Assembly (NCBI RefSeq): GCF_006345805.1
Contig: NC_043022.1
Coordinates: forward strand, 20,770,001-20,834,000
Source of the DNA: Octopus sinensis
Taxonomy: Eukaryota
Direction of reading: 5' to 3'
Length of the DNA: 64,000 nucleotides
In this document: positions 50,571-63,138 of the stretch, in pieces
Numbering within the stretch: the first letter of the stretch is position 1
Layout of the letters: each line of letters begins with the position of its first letter
The notes under the pieces: model-generated
Database searches by the model: none
The model's input: only the letters and a program-made list of their open reading frames with translations
Told to the model about the DNA's origin: nothing
Program-made: the position numbers and the translations under genes

Positions 50571-52014
50571 TCACTTACTATGCAAGTACATCTCCGTAAC
50601 ACACACATATGATTCTCCAAAATGAGATGAAAGTGCAAGATAAATAATTATTCTAAAATTCTAACTACCTTCTTTTTCTTACACACACACACACACACCT
50701 ACACCAAACACATACACAAAGGAATAGGGATCTTAAAATCCAGGTGGATACCTTACAAGCACTCTGTTAAAATCCGAACTTGGCTAACCGTATCGAACAG
50801 TAGGGAACGTCAGAAATCGTAAAGAATAAACAATTACAGCTGTATTTCTTTGGATTGGTAAATCCCGAGTTCGCTCCTAGGATCTCGTCTAAAATCCCAG
50901 AGTATATTTGAAAGACATAATAAAGAATGGAAAATTATACAGCTTTAATTATTTGGTGGAAAATTTTAATTAAGATTGTATAATTCTACATTGTTTTTTT
51001 TTCAGGCAAAAATGAGGGTTAATATATAGATCCGCGCCCGGTTTAGAAAAATGGAAAAAAATATGTGTAACAGGTGTAAGGCATCGTATATTGAAGGAAT
51101 ATGACGAAAAAAAAGCGCGCTGACAAAGGGTGGGGTGGGGAGGGGAGTTGTACGTGTATTTCATAAAGCCAGCCTTGTCCCATTCTGTGTCAACGCTAAA
51201 TCTCCTTGAGAACTATGTTAAGGGTTCGCGTACTTGTGAAGTGCTCAGCCACTTGCACAGTAATTTCGCGAGCAGGCTGTTCCGTTGATCGAATCAACTG
51301 GAATCTTCGTCATCATAACGGCCGGAGCATCTGTTTCTTTATTACCCACAAGGGGCTAAACATAGAGGGGACAAACAAGCGGATTAAGTCGATTACGTCG
51401 ACCCCAGTGCGTAACTGGTACTTAATTTATCGACCCCGAAAGGATGAAAGGCAAAGTCGACCACGGCGGAATTTGAACTCACAACGTAACGGCAGACGAA
51501 ATACGGCTACGCATTTCGCCCGGCGTGCTAACGCTTCTGCTAACTCGAGGAGTATCATACGCATATATGGAGACAAAAAAAAAAAGGGAAAAAAAAGCAA
51601 ATAAAAAATCCCCCCTTCCTCAAAATGCGCCAAAATTCTCAACACAATTTTAAATAGGAGAAAGGAAAAATATTTAGATATGATGAATTGTTAGCATTAC
51701 GACTTAAACACAGTCGCAGTTGGGCCTTCGAAGGACAGTTATTTCAGAACTCTACCTTATGAGAGATGAATTTATCGAAGATGCTCCGGTTCACTATAAA
51801 ATTTACTTGTCGATGAAGTTAAAGATCAATTACTCGAAATGAATAACGGATCTACAACGAACCGGTTTTTACAGCTTCTTTCCTCGTGGTTCCATTTATG
51901 CTGATAGAATTTAATGCTTTAACTTCTGCAGGTTGTTTCGAAGCGCAAAAGTAGGCATCGAATGGATTCTAGAATGATGTAGCTCTTGGAAAAGGAGCCC
52001 AATAAAAAAAAAAA

Positions 52015-52435
52015 GGCAATCTTTCGTCTCTAGTAGACCTTTCCGTCGATTTCCGTAAAAAAAATTTTTTTTTTACATATGGGCTTGCGGGAACTTTTGA
52101 AGTAATGAGAGCGAAAGAGACTAAGAGAAAGCGATTGTATGACGAGGGAAGTTCTTTTGAAGTTACCGTGCATGTGAAGCATTGATGTATATGTGTGTGT
52201 GTGTGTTTGATGGGGTGTGGGAGACAGACAGTATGTTGTGTAAGTGAAGTGCTTCTGTTAGTGTGTGTGAAGAGACAGAGTAATGTGTGAAAGAAAGAGA
52301 TAACTGAAATTTTTTACTCGGTGTATGTGTATATGTATATATATTACTTCAAAAGTTCCCGCAAGCCCATATGTAAAAAAAAAAAAAAAATTTACGGAAA
52401 TCGACGGAAAGGTCTACTAGAGACGAAAGATCGCC
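52015..52435. mobile_element. Second copy of the 420-bp long-TIR MITE, opposite orientation
   Basis: Same TIRs as 34536-34955; flanked by A8. Confidence 0.9.
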
Positions 52436-52611
52436 AAAAAAAATATGTTTAAATTGCGATACTCGAACAGATAAATCCCGATTCTAAACGGAGATAATCC
52501 TTAAAAAACCATGCTCGGAGCCCACGCTTTATCCGTCCGTGTGGAAACATACTGTAAAATAAATACGGCGTTTTTCAATATAAATAATAATAATAGACAC
52601 AGAGTACTTAC

Positions 52612-52750
52612 GGATGCTAATCAGACCAACGACTAAAGCAACTAAGAGACCAAGAGTATCTCGATCGAGATTATTAAAAGTGTCTTTTAGAGATTCTATT
52701 GCATTGAATTCCTTCTCGACTTCAACACGTTCCTTCTCCGCGGTCGCCAT
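52612..52750 (-). CDS. SRPRB: SRPRB exon 1 (MATAEKERVEV...TLGLLVALVVGLISI)
   Basis: aaaATGG start, TM helix, donor GTAAGT, phase 1. The 7 exons total 795 nt = 264 aa plus stop. Confidence 0.92.
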
Positions 52751-53049
52751 TTTAGTAACACTAAACACACGTAATCATTTGGTGAGAGTGATTTCCCTTT
52801 CGTCGTTGGTTAGTGGTGGTGGTAATGGGGGAATATAGGCTTTAGTGCACGACTGTTTGTATATATATAAATACAATAAGAGGCTTCCAAATAGGAAAGC
52901 GTTGTGCTAGAAAGAGCAGTAGAAATCTCAAGACCACAAAGGCCACTGGTAATAATAATTTATTATATATATATATATATATATATGCAATTGTTTCATA
53001 CGAACAGATTTATTAAAAGCTGCAAATATTGCAGCAAAAACTCATATGT

Positions 53050-53141
53050 GTTTTGGCTGATGAATACGGGACACTTGTTTTTGCTGCAATATTTGCAGCT
53101 TTTAATAAATCTGTTCTTCGTATGAAACAATTGTACTGAAC
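53050..53141 (+). ncRNA. Type I hammerhead ribozyme, 871-bp unit 1
   Basis: Stem I (G)TTTTGG/CTGAAC with two G-U pairs; CTGATGA 53057-53063; stem II ATACG/CGTAT with inner GCTGCAA/TTGCAGC; GAAA 53124-53127; palindromic stem III ACAATTGT; GUA, cut after 53135. Confidence 0.8.
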
Positions 53142-53806
53142 AACTAATCCATTCTTGTTTATAATCACCCCACATTATTTAATGGTTAATACCGTATAGA
53201 TTTCTGGTGCATCTAAGTTAAGTAACGCATTCATGTGAATTCATTGGAACTCACTTGAATCTTAATTGCTTTTACTGAAAATATATATATATGTGTGTAT
53301 TATAACAATTTAATAAATAAAACATATGCGTACATACATATATGTACATACCTACATCTATATGTATATATACATGCATATATGAGTACAGGACACCACA
53401 AATAAACGTAGAACACAACGAGAAACGAAAACATAAAACCATACAAGGAAACAGACTTTTTTTAACAACGAAAAAAACAGGGTACAAGACAAACAATACA
53501 AGGAATATTCCCCTTCATCAGCTGCCCCTGTTTCGACTCAATGCGTGTTTCGAAGTATATATATATTGGAATGTGTGTGTGTGTGAAAGAGATAGAGAGA
53601 GAGAGAAAGAATGTGAGAACAAATTGTCACCTTAAAAGAACAATTAGAAGTTACAGTTACAAGAGTAGGTTATAGCTGATGTCGAGATTTCAGGTTAATA
53701 CAGATTTAGGGGTAATATAGATAGATAGGAAATCTTTGTATCCAATTTAACGTGGATGTTGTGTTAGTTAGAACACCGGTGTTCTAACACACACACAAAC
53801 ACATTC

Positions 53807-53853
<47 letters not shown>

Positions 53854-53920
53854 ATATGCAATTGTTTCATACGAACAGATTTATTAAAAGCTGCAAATAT
53901 TGCAGCAAAAACTCATATGT

Positions 53921-54012
53921 GTTTTGGCTGATGAATACGGGACACTTGTTTTTGCTGCAATATTTGCAGCTTTTAATAAATCTGTTCTTCGTATGAAACA
54001 ATTGTACTGAAC
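53921..54012 (+). ncRNA. Type I hammerhead ribozyme, 871-bp unit 2
   Basis: Identical to unit 1; cut after 54006. Confidence 0.8.
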
Positions 54013-54678
54013 AACTAATCCATTCTTGTTTATAATCACCCCACATTATTTAATGGTTAATACCGTATAGATTTCTGGTGCATCTAAGTTAAGTAACGCA
54101 TTCATGTGAATTCATTGGAACTCACTTGAATCTTAATTGCTTTTACTGAAAATATATATATATGTGTGTATTATAACAATTTAATAAATAAAACATATGC
54201 GTACATACATATATGTACATACCTACATCTATATGTATATATACATGCATATATGAGTACAGGACACCACAATAAACGTAGAACACAACGAGAAACGAAA
54301 ACATAAAACCATACAAGGAAACAGACTTTTTTTAACAACGAAAAAACAGGGTACAAGACAAACAATACAAGGAATATTCCCCTTCATCAGCTGCCCCTGT
54401 TTCGACTCAATGCGTGTTTCGAAGGTATATATATATTGGAATGTGTGTGTGTGTGAAAGAGATAGAGAGAGAGAGAAAGAATGTGAGAACAAATTGTCAC
54501 CTTAAAAGAACAATTAGAAGTTACAGTTTACAAGAGTAGGTTTATAGCTGATGTCGAGATTTCAGGTTAATACAGATTTAGGGGTAATATAGATAGATAG
54601 GAAATCTTTGTATCCAATTTAACGTGGATGTTGTGTTAGTTAGAACACCGGTGTTCTAACACACACACAAACACATTC

Positions 54679-54734
<56 letters not shown>

Positions 54735-55237
54735 ATTTAATATAATTTTAATTTATATATATATATATATATATATAAGGCAAATAACTGAAACAAGTAA
54801 AGGAATAGTATATATATATTTTCAATCATTCGCCTTTCATGAAACAAATCAACCCCAGGACTTATTCTTTATAAGCCTAATACTTATTTTATCGTTCAGT
54901 TTTGTCGAACTGCTAAGTCACAGGGGCGAAACACACCAACATCAGTTGTCAAGCAATAGTCGGGTTACAAACAAAGAGACACAAATACACACACGGGCTT
55001 CTTTCAGTTTACCTTACAACATCCCTAACAGCTCGATGTGTATTTCACTTTTAGCCATTCTCAATGCCGTGGGCCTTGCCTTGGACGAAGAATTCCGAGT
55101 TTAAACTCAAGTTCATTCGAACACTGTTATGTGTTTTCTATACTAAGCTTATCTAGCTCTCACGCACTGACTGCATGCATGCATGCATACATACATACAT
55201 ACATACAAAATAGCTGATATGAAGGCTTGTTGCAGAA

Positions 55238-55291
<54 letters not shown>

Positions 55292-55473
55292 GGATGGATA
55301 CATACATACATACATATATACAAAATAGCTGATATGAAGGCTTGTTGCAGAAATAGATAGATAGACAGACACACACACACACACACACATACATACATAC
55401 ACACATACATACATACATACATACATACATACATACATACATACATACATACATACATACATACATACATACA

Positions 55474-55504
<31 letters not shown>

Positions 55505-55519
55505 GGTAGAAGCCCTAGC

Positions 55520-55900
55520 CACTCATAATAAAAAGGAGTACTGGATGAATGTGCCAGTGAAAACCTCAATAAAATGTAAGCACAATAGGCCTGTTATAAT
55601 GATCTGGGATAGAGAAGAGAAACTGTACATTTGTGGAAATTAACTGCAAGAGGATGTTAACATAAAGCTGAAGATCAGTGAAAAAGAGAACTACCTATGC
55701 TGAACTATTGAGAAATCTGCAGTTATTCTATCCAGATCACAAGATCAGGATTATACCTGTAATTATTGGGGCACTGGGACATGTAGCACACTGCCTAAAT
55801 ACCAATCTCGAGAAATTAGGCTTCTCAAAACCAGAAAAGAGAAAGCTAATCCAAAGACTACAGAACTAGAACTGTAAAAATTTATAAAACTTTCCAGACA
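55520..55900 (+). mobile_element. R4/Dong-type non-LTR retrotransposon, restriction-like endonuclease remnant
   Basis: WMNVPVKT..KHNRP..IWDR...FVEINC...YAEL..NLQLFYPD.KI.IIPVIIGALG, frameshifted. Confidence 0.75.
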
Positions 55901-56141
55901 TTTATCATTTAAATTTATATGAGCATGTCTAGATATGCAAGTATATGCATGAGAATAAATACATAAAACAAACCATACAAACCTGCACATATACATACAT
56001 GCAAGCAAAAATAGCCTGTTGTTGATGTCCAAATTCCAATGAAGGAACCTTGAATCTAGGTTAGAAACCTACTCTTTCTCTATTAGTAAGAAATCTTGAA
56101 ATAATACATGCATGCATGTTGAAAGTGTTTGATGAAAATGT

Positions 56142-56890
56142 TTGATGAAAATATCTGATGACATTGGATACAATGACCTGATCTACAATAATGCGCTGAT
56201 TGAAATCGAGGATGCCCTGCTCAAAATGGGTGGGGCAGCGTTGAACACATTCAGTTTGCCATCCTCACTACGACAGGATGTTAATATACTCGCACCAATG
56301 TTACTTCTGGAGTTGTCACATGAGGCTGATGGCCTTGCTGAGTACCTGAGAGTAAATGAACCGAAATTGCTCCCTGATCAGAGGCTGGCGTACGAAACTG
56401 TCATCGGTGCTGTTGAAAAACAAGCGGGCGGCATTTTTTTCCTTGATGCTCCTGGAGGTACCGGAAAATCCTTTGAAAACACAATTAATACTTGCTAAGA
56501 TTCATCACAAGAAACAAATTGCGCTAACTGTTGCCTCCTCAGGAATCGCTGCTACGTTATTGCCGGGAGGTAGGACTGTGCACTCAGCATTCAAGCTGCC
56601 TTTGGATTTGGTGAGGGCTGAGGTTCCTACTTGCAACATTGGCAAAAATTCAAAGGAAGCTGAAGTTCTTAGACAGTACTGTCTCATTGTATAGGATGAA
56701 TGCACAATGGCCAATAAGGGTGCCCTTGAGGCACTGGACCGGTCACTGAAAGATATCCGGGATTCTACAGCTTCTATGGGTGGTGTAACTCTATTGCCTT
56801 CAGGAGATTTAAGGCAAGCCCTTCCTGTCATCCCGAAAGGGAGCAGGGCTGATGAAGTGCGTGCATGCCTTAAGTCATCCATGTTGTGGC
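56142..56890 (+). pseudogene. Helitron PIF1-like helicase fragment
   Basis: IFFLDAPGGTGKSF (Walker A); VASSGIAATLLPGGRTVHSAFKLP; IV*DECTM (Walker B with stop); GGVTLL.SGDLRQ.LPV; one frameshift. Confidence 0.92.
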
Positions 56891-59484
56891 CCTGCAATGT
56901 CATTCTAAAATTAAATAATCACATCATCAAAATCTTGAGGGAACAAGATTAATTCAAAACCATGTGAATAGATAAGTATTCTGTATGCTAAAAGGGTTAA
57001 TACTTTAGCATTTACACCAAATTTATACATTCCAAATATCCAACTTGCTTTATGTTCAAATCAATCAGATCTGACCTCTCACACCTACTCTACAATGTCA
57101 TTCTAAAAATAAATCTAGAAGCGCAGGAGTGGCTGTGTGGTAAGTAGCTTGTTTACCAGCCACATGGTTCCGGGTTCAGTCCCACTGCGTGGCACCTTGG
57201 GCAAGTGTCTTCTACTATAGCCTCGGGCCGACCGAAGCCTTGTGAGTGGATTTGGTAGATGGAAACTGAAAGAAGCCCGTCGTATATATGTATATATATA
57301 TATATATATATATGCATTTGTGTGTCTGTGTTTGTCCCCCTAGCATTGCTTGACAACCGATGCTGGTGTGTTTATGTCCCCGTTACTTAGCGGTTCAGCA
57401 AAAGAGACCGATAGAATAAGTACTGGGCTTACAAAAGAAAAAGTCCCGGGGTTGAGTTGCTCAATTAAAGGCGGTGCTCCAGCATGGCCGCAGTCAAATG
57501 ACTGAAACAAGTTAAAGAGTAAAAGAGAGTAAGCTACAAAATAATGCATGGACACTAAACTCTGCTTGCGAAGACCTGTTGAGGCAAATGAAATTGAAAT
57601 CAAATTCGATGACTGGCATCAGTGCTAGTGAAGCACTAAGAGCACCATCCGAGCATGATCGTTGCCAGAGCAACAAGCTGGCCTCCATGCCAATGGCACA
57701 TAAAAAACACCATTCGAGTGTGATCGTTACCTGTGTCGCCTTACTGGCACTTGTGCTGGTGACACATGAAAAAACAATCGCTGGACTGGCTCCTGTGCGG
57801 GTGGCACAAAAAGCACCATTTGAGTATGGCTGTTGCCAGTACCACTAGACTGGCCCTCGTGCCGGTGGCACATAAAAGCACCTATGACACTCTTAAAGCG
57901 GTTGGCATTAGGAAGGGCATCAAGCTGTAGAAACTCTGCCAGATCAAATTGGGGCCTGGTGCAGCCATCTGGCTCTCCAGACCTGTCAAATCGTCCAACC
58001 CATGCTAGCATGGAAAGCGGACATTAAACGATGATGATGATGATGAATACTGCACAGAGCAAGACACTGCCTCACTCACACACATAGTGTTTCAATGCAG
58101 TCAGTACCACTTCCTATAGGCAATGGTTTGTCTGTTTTTCTTTCTGGAATGTGTTGGATGGCTGAGGACTAGCGAACCAGGCTCCAATCTGATGGCAGAG
58201 TTTCTACAGCTAGATGCCCTTCCTAACGCCAACCACTTCAAGAGTGTAGTGGGTACTTTTACGTGCCACCGGTACAAGGGCCAGTCAGGTGGTACTGACA
58301 ATGGCCACGCTCAAATGGTGTTTTTTATGTGCCACCTGCACAGGAGCCAGTCTAGCAGCACTGGCAACGACCTTGCTTGAATGTTTTTTCACGTGCCAGT
58401 AAGGCGACGCTGGTAATGATCATGCTCGAAAGGTGCTTTTTATGTGCCGCCGGCACAGAAGCCAGTCTGCTGCTCTGGCAACGATCATGCTCGGATGGTG
58501 CTCTTAGCGCGCCACTAGCACTAAGAGTACTGTGTTTCCAAATATACCACTCTGAGAAGAATCTATAAATATGCTGTAAAATTCCTTGTATGAAAAATTA
58601 TGCGTGGCTGTGTGGTAAGAAGCTAGCTTCCCATCCACATGGGTCCGTTTCAGTCCCACTGCGTGGCACCTTGGGTATCTTCTACTATAGCTTCGGGCTG
58701 ACCAAAGCCTTGTAAGTGGATTTGGTAGGCGGAAACTGAAAGAAGCTTGGTATATGTGTATATATATATTCATGTGTGTGTGTTTGTTCTCCCTGCCATC
58801 ACTTGACAAACAATGTTGGTGTATTTATGTCCCCCAAAACTTAGTGGTTCAGCAAAAGAGACGATTGATAAGTACTCGGCTTACAAAGAATAAGTCCTGG
58901 GGTTGATTTCTTCAACTAAAGGCAGTGCTCCAGTATGGTTGCAGTCAAATGACAAACGTGTAAAAGAATAAAAGTATACTGAACAGTACTAAATCCATCT
59001 GCAAGGGGTTAAATGATTATGATAATATTGCAAAGAATGTAGCATAGACTAATCCTATGACCCAGTCTTCAGAAATGAAGCAATATCTGTATATATGAAA
59101 GGCAGGATGTGTGTGTGTGTACGTGAATGTAATTTATACACATCCACAAATTAGCACGCATGTTGCTCCAATTTTAGGAGGACATTCGTCATGATCCTTG
59201 CTGTATTTTCGTCAACTTATTTTTACCAGTTGCACCAGCGAATAGCAGTAAAAATTAATTTTCAATCAAAACTTTTAACAATTTTCAAGTTGGAGAAGTC
59301 ACCAGTTTGCAAACAGGAGTTAAGTCCCCTTCTAGCGACGAGTAAGTTTTTGCTGTTTTTATTCCATCAAAGAAAAAAGTGTTTTGTTGATATACGGGCA
59401 ACACACACACACACGAACATGTATGAGTACAAAAAACATGTATACAACAGGTATACGTGCGTATGTGTGTGTGTTGCCCATATA

Positions 59485-59861
59485 TCTCTCTCTATATAAA
59501 CGGCAGTTTGTCTGTGCGTGTTTCTGTGTGTCTGTTTGCTTGTACCCTCACCCTGACCACGGCTTTCAACCGATTCTGATGAAACTTGACACACACATAG
59601 CCCAATGTCATAATTCAAAACTAACGCAGCGAAAATTTTGAAAAGTTCCCCAGTTCTGAAAAAAATCGATAAATTCGACATGGAGTCGAGAATCAGAAAC
59701 ACAAACCGCAAACTGTCTAGGGGACGCAACTCCACCTTTTTTACTAAAATAAAAATTTACCATCATTTTTTCCATGTTTTGCTATTTTTGGCTATAACTC
59801 TCTAAAAATGCTTATAGTTATTTCCCTTACAATCCTGAGCAACGCCGGGCGATACTGCTAG
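59485..59861 (+). mobile_element. Non-autonomous Helitron
   Basis: A^TC start; 3' hairpin CCTGAGCAACGCCGGG then GCTAG^T. Another Helitron-type 3' end at ~60290-60317. Confidence 0.8.
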
Positions 59862-60417
59862 TATATATATATATGTGTGTGGAGACGTAATGGCCCAGTG
59901 GTTAGGGCAGCAGACTCACGGTTTCGATTCCCAGACCGGGCGTTGTGAGTGTTTATTGAGCGAAAACACCTAAAAGCTCCACGAGGCTCCGGCAGGGGGT
60001 GGTGGCGATCCCTGCTGTACTCTTTCGCCACAACTTTCTCTCTCTTTCTTATGCCGGCCTGCTCGCTTAGCCAGCAGGGTGGCGTTCTTTGAAGGCTAAA
60101 ACAATGCAAAGCGCATTGTGACCAGCGATGTATAGCAACATCTGATAGCCTGGTTGGTCACGATGATCATGATAATATATATATATATATGTAAACCAAT
60201 TTCAATGCATTTCACCCACATTTGACGTCAATGTTACTTAGTTTGATTTGAAATAAAGAACTTGATTCACTTAATAATCCTAACTTAATCCCGGTCAAAG
60301 TCGGGTTATACTGCTAGTTATACTGTTATATAAAGATTAATGAAAAACACAAAACACAAAGACAATTGAATTCCATAATTTTATTTACACAGGATAAAAA
60401 AGTATAATTCCAACTAA

Positions 60418-60617
60418 TTATCTATCAGGAAACATGTCTTCAGTGCTGGTGCTGTTATCTCCTATGACTTCCAAACATACAGAAGCATATTCACTAAATA
60501 TGGGTTCTTGCATGGCTGCTTCAATGGCATGGCTTATGTTATCTGATGAGTTTAGTCTAATAAGCATGTCCCGTAGATGCTGGTTGCTGAGAAGCTCATG
60601 TAGTTTCTTAGATGTGT
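60418..60617 (-). CDS. ZNHIT3: ZNHIT3-like last exon (DTSKKLHELLSNQHLRDMLIRLNSS...AAMQEPIFSEYASVCLEVI...)
   Basis: LL.N.HLR.....L...AMQEP.F.E.A..CL motif of the ZNHIT3/Hit1 C-terminal domain; acceptor tttttcAG, phase 1; TAA at 60418-60420. Confidence 0.88.
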
Positions 60618-62026
60618 CTGAAAAATAAAAGATATTGATTTTTAGCAACAATAGAGACATAGTTTTGTGGTCAAAAAGTTCATTTTGCAACAACGAGAAA
60701 TGTGCCACCAGGAATTGAACACAGAACCTTATGATCATGAGCTGGATACCCTAGCCACTAAGCCATGCACCTTCACTGTGGAAGAGGAAGACCGAGGGAA
60801 ACAGTGGAAGAAGTGAGGAAAGCTGATCGCAAGAGGCTGAACATCACAAAGAAATTTTGAGATTAAATCATTTTTCCTACCAATGGTAGAAGGCCTGAAA
60901 ATTGGGGTTGAAAGGGTGGGGGTTAGTGAATTAAATAGGCCCCAGTGCTTGACTGATGCTTTATTTTATTGACCCCAAAAGGATAAAAAGCAAACTTGAC
61001 CACAGTGGGATTTGAACTCAGAAATGTTATCAAGCATTCTGTCCAATGTTCTAATGATTCTGCCACCTTATTGAGATTAATTAATGGTTTCAAATTTTGG
61101 CACAAGGCCAGCAATTTTTTTTTGGTGGGGGGGGGGGATAAGTCAATTACATCAACCACGGTACTCAACTGGTACTTATTTTATCAACCCCCTAAAGAAT
61201 AAAAAGCAATGTCGACCTTGGCAGAATTTGAACTCAGAACATGAAGTCAGATAAAGTGCCCCTAAGCATATTGCCCAGCATGCTACCCTCAATTAGCCAC
61301 ATGCACCACTGGTGGTTTATTGTAAATTTCACACAACCGCCATATGCACCACCAGTGGTACATTTTTATAATCTGAGTAAATATTTTATTCTCTATCTTT
61401 GACATGGTTTCAAGAATATTTAAAGAACATGAGTGCTAAATATGAAAGTTTAATCATAAAATATTGAAAACAATTATATCTCTCAATGACTGGCATCCGT
61501 GCTAGTGGAGCACTAAGAGAACCATATGAGTGAGATTAGGGCTAGAGCAACAAGCTGGCCTCCGAGCCGATACCAAGTTAAAAACGCCATTTGAGCATGA
61601 TCGTTACCTGCGTTGCCTTACTGGCACTTGTGCTGGTGGCACGTAAAAAAAAACATTAAGTGAGGTTGTTGCCAGTGCTGCTGGACTGGCTCCTGCGCAG
61701 GTGGCACATAAAAAGCATCATTTGAGCGTGGCCGTTGCTAGTACCGCCGGACTGTCCCTCGTGCCAGTGGCATGTAAAAGCACTCACTACACTCTTGGAG
61801 TGGTTGGCATTAGGAAGGGCATCCAGCTGTAGAAACCCTGCCAGATCAGACTGGAGCCTGGTGCAGCCATCTAGTTCGCCAGTCCTCGGTCAAATCGTCC
61901 AACCCATGCTAGCATGGAAAGCGGACGTTAAACGATGATGATGATGATGATATGGAAAGTGACCACGTGAAATATGTGGCGTTACCAGTAAGTTCCAGAA
62001 ATAGGCTGTGGCAGTTAATGTGTTAA

Positions 62027-62242
62027 TCCTTTTGCATTTAAACCGACTGTGTCCGGCCAAAATATTCCGTTTTATGTTCAGATTGGCCGGATCTGACCTC
62101 TCGTACCTACCTAAAAAATCTCATTTAAAAAACATAGAATCGCATCATCAAAATCTCAAAGCTACAAGATAATACTCGGTTAATTCGAAGCATCTGAATA
62201 AATAAGCATTGCATTTGACAGAATAATTTGAATGCTAAAGGG
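62027..62242. mobile_element. piggyBac-like MITE, family of 23452
   Basis: TTAA flanks; CTAAAGGG-TTAA end. Confidence 0.7.
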
Positions 62243-62265
62243 TTAAAATAATAAAAACAACAAAC

Positions 62266-63138
62266 CTAATTTCTTGAGCTGTGATGGTAACACTTGATCT
62301 TCTGTCATTTCAACATTTGTTAGATTATATTTACTGCTCTGTTCATCAGGATCATCTCTTCTGGAGTTAGCATTCGGTCGGTCACCATCAGCTAAACTAA
62401 CATCTAATTGATCATCTCTATCTTTAACAGTCTTTCTTTGTTGAACTTCATCAGAATTTATTTCTTCTTCATCAGATAAACTAACAACCTTTTGCTGTTC
62501 GTCTGCATTCAATTTAACATCCGCTGACTTCCCCTTCTCTTCAGTAAGGCTGTTATTATTTCTTTCTTCATTTTCCAGAAAACTAACATTCGTTTTGGTT
62601 CTATTTTCACATTCATCAACATCCGCTTTCCCATCTTCCAAGCTTTTAACATTTATTAATCCACAATCAGTAGTACTGATATTCATTAGTCCATCATCAA
62701 CCTCATCACAGTTTGTTTTTCCATTTTCACATTCTTTAACATTCATTTCTATGTCATCAGCTTTATTAACATTCATTTCTCCATTACCCTTCAAATTAAC
62801 ATTCTCCTGGATATCATCTTCCGGTAAACTATTGTTCCTTTCAATGTCTTCAGCAATATTACCATTTGTCTTCTTACTAATATCCACTTCTCTAGCTTCA
62901 GATATACTATCATTCACTATACCATTTTCAGATTCTTTGGCATTCCTCAGGATGCCTTCAGATTCATTAACAGTCATTTGGCTGTCCTCAGATTCTTTAG
63001 CAGTCATCAGGGAGTCTTCAACCTCTTTAGCAGTCTTCTGGAGGTCTTCAGGCTCTTTAGCAGTTACCTGGATCTCTTCATTTTTTTTAGTCATATCTTG
63101 GTTATCTTCAGATCCTTTAATTTCATTTTGTCCATTTT
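62266..63138 (-). CDS. ZNHIT3: ZNHIT3-like penultimate exon, 873 nt acidic repeat-rich linker ending EDQVLPSQLKKLG
   Basis: Acceptor tttacgtAG, donor GTTTGT, phase 1/1, open throughout. The end matches the ED.V....L..LG motif preceding the last exon. The HIT zinc-finger exons would lie beyond the window. Confidence 0.8.

Larger units (their letters stand above)
52986..54680 (+). repeat. 871-bp tandem duplication, each unit with an inverted repeat, a hammerhead and a terminal palindrome; Penelope-like non-autonomous element
   Basis: Landmarks offset by 871 (CTGATGA at 53057 and 53928). Units are separated by (TA)n. Confidence 0.85.

Noticed and set aside
51820-51870. TCGATGA...CTCGAAA hammerhead-like string
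   Set aside because: Core has two mismatches and stems I-III do not pair adequately.
53495-53560. Minus-strand GAAAC...GTC...CTGATGA-AGG hairpin (similar at ~9085-9135) as a type II hammerhead
   Set aside because: Core pieces are present but no convincing stem I or stem III forms, and no GAAA follows stem II in type I order.
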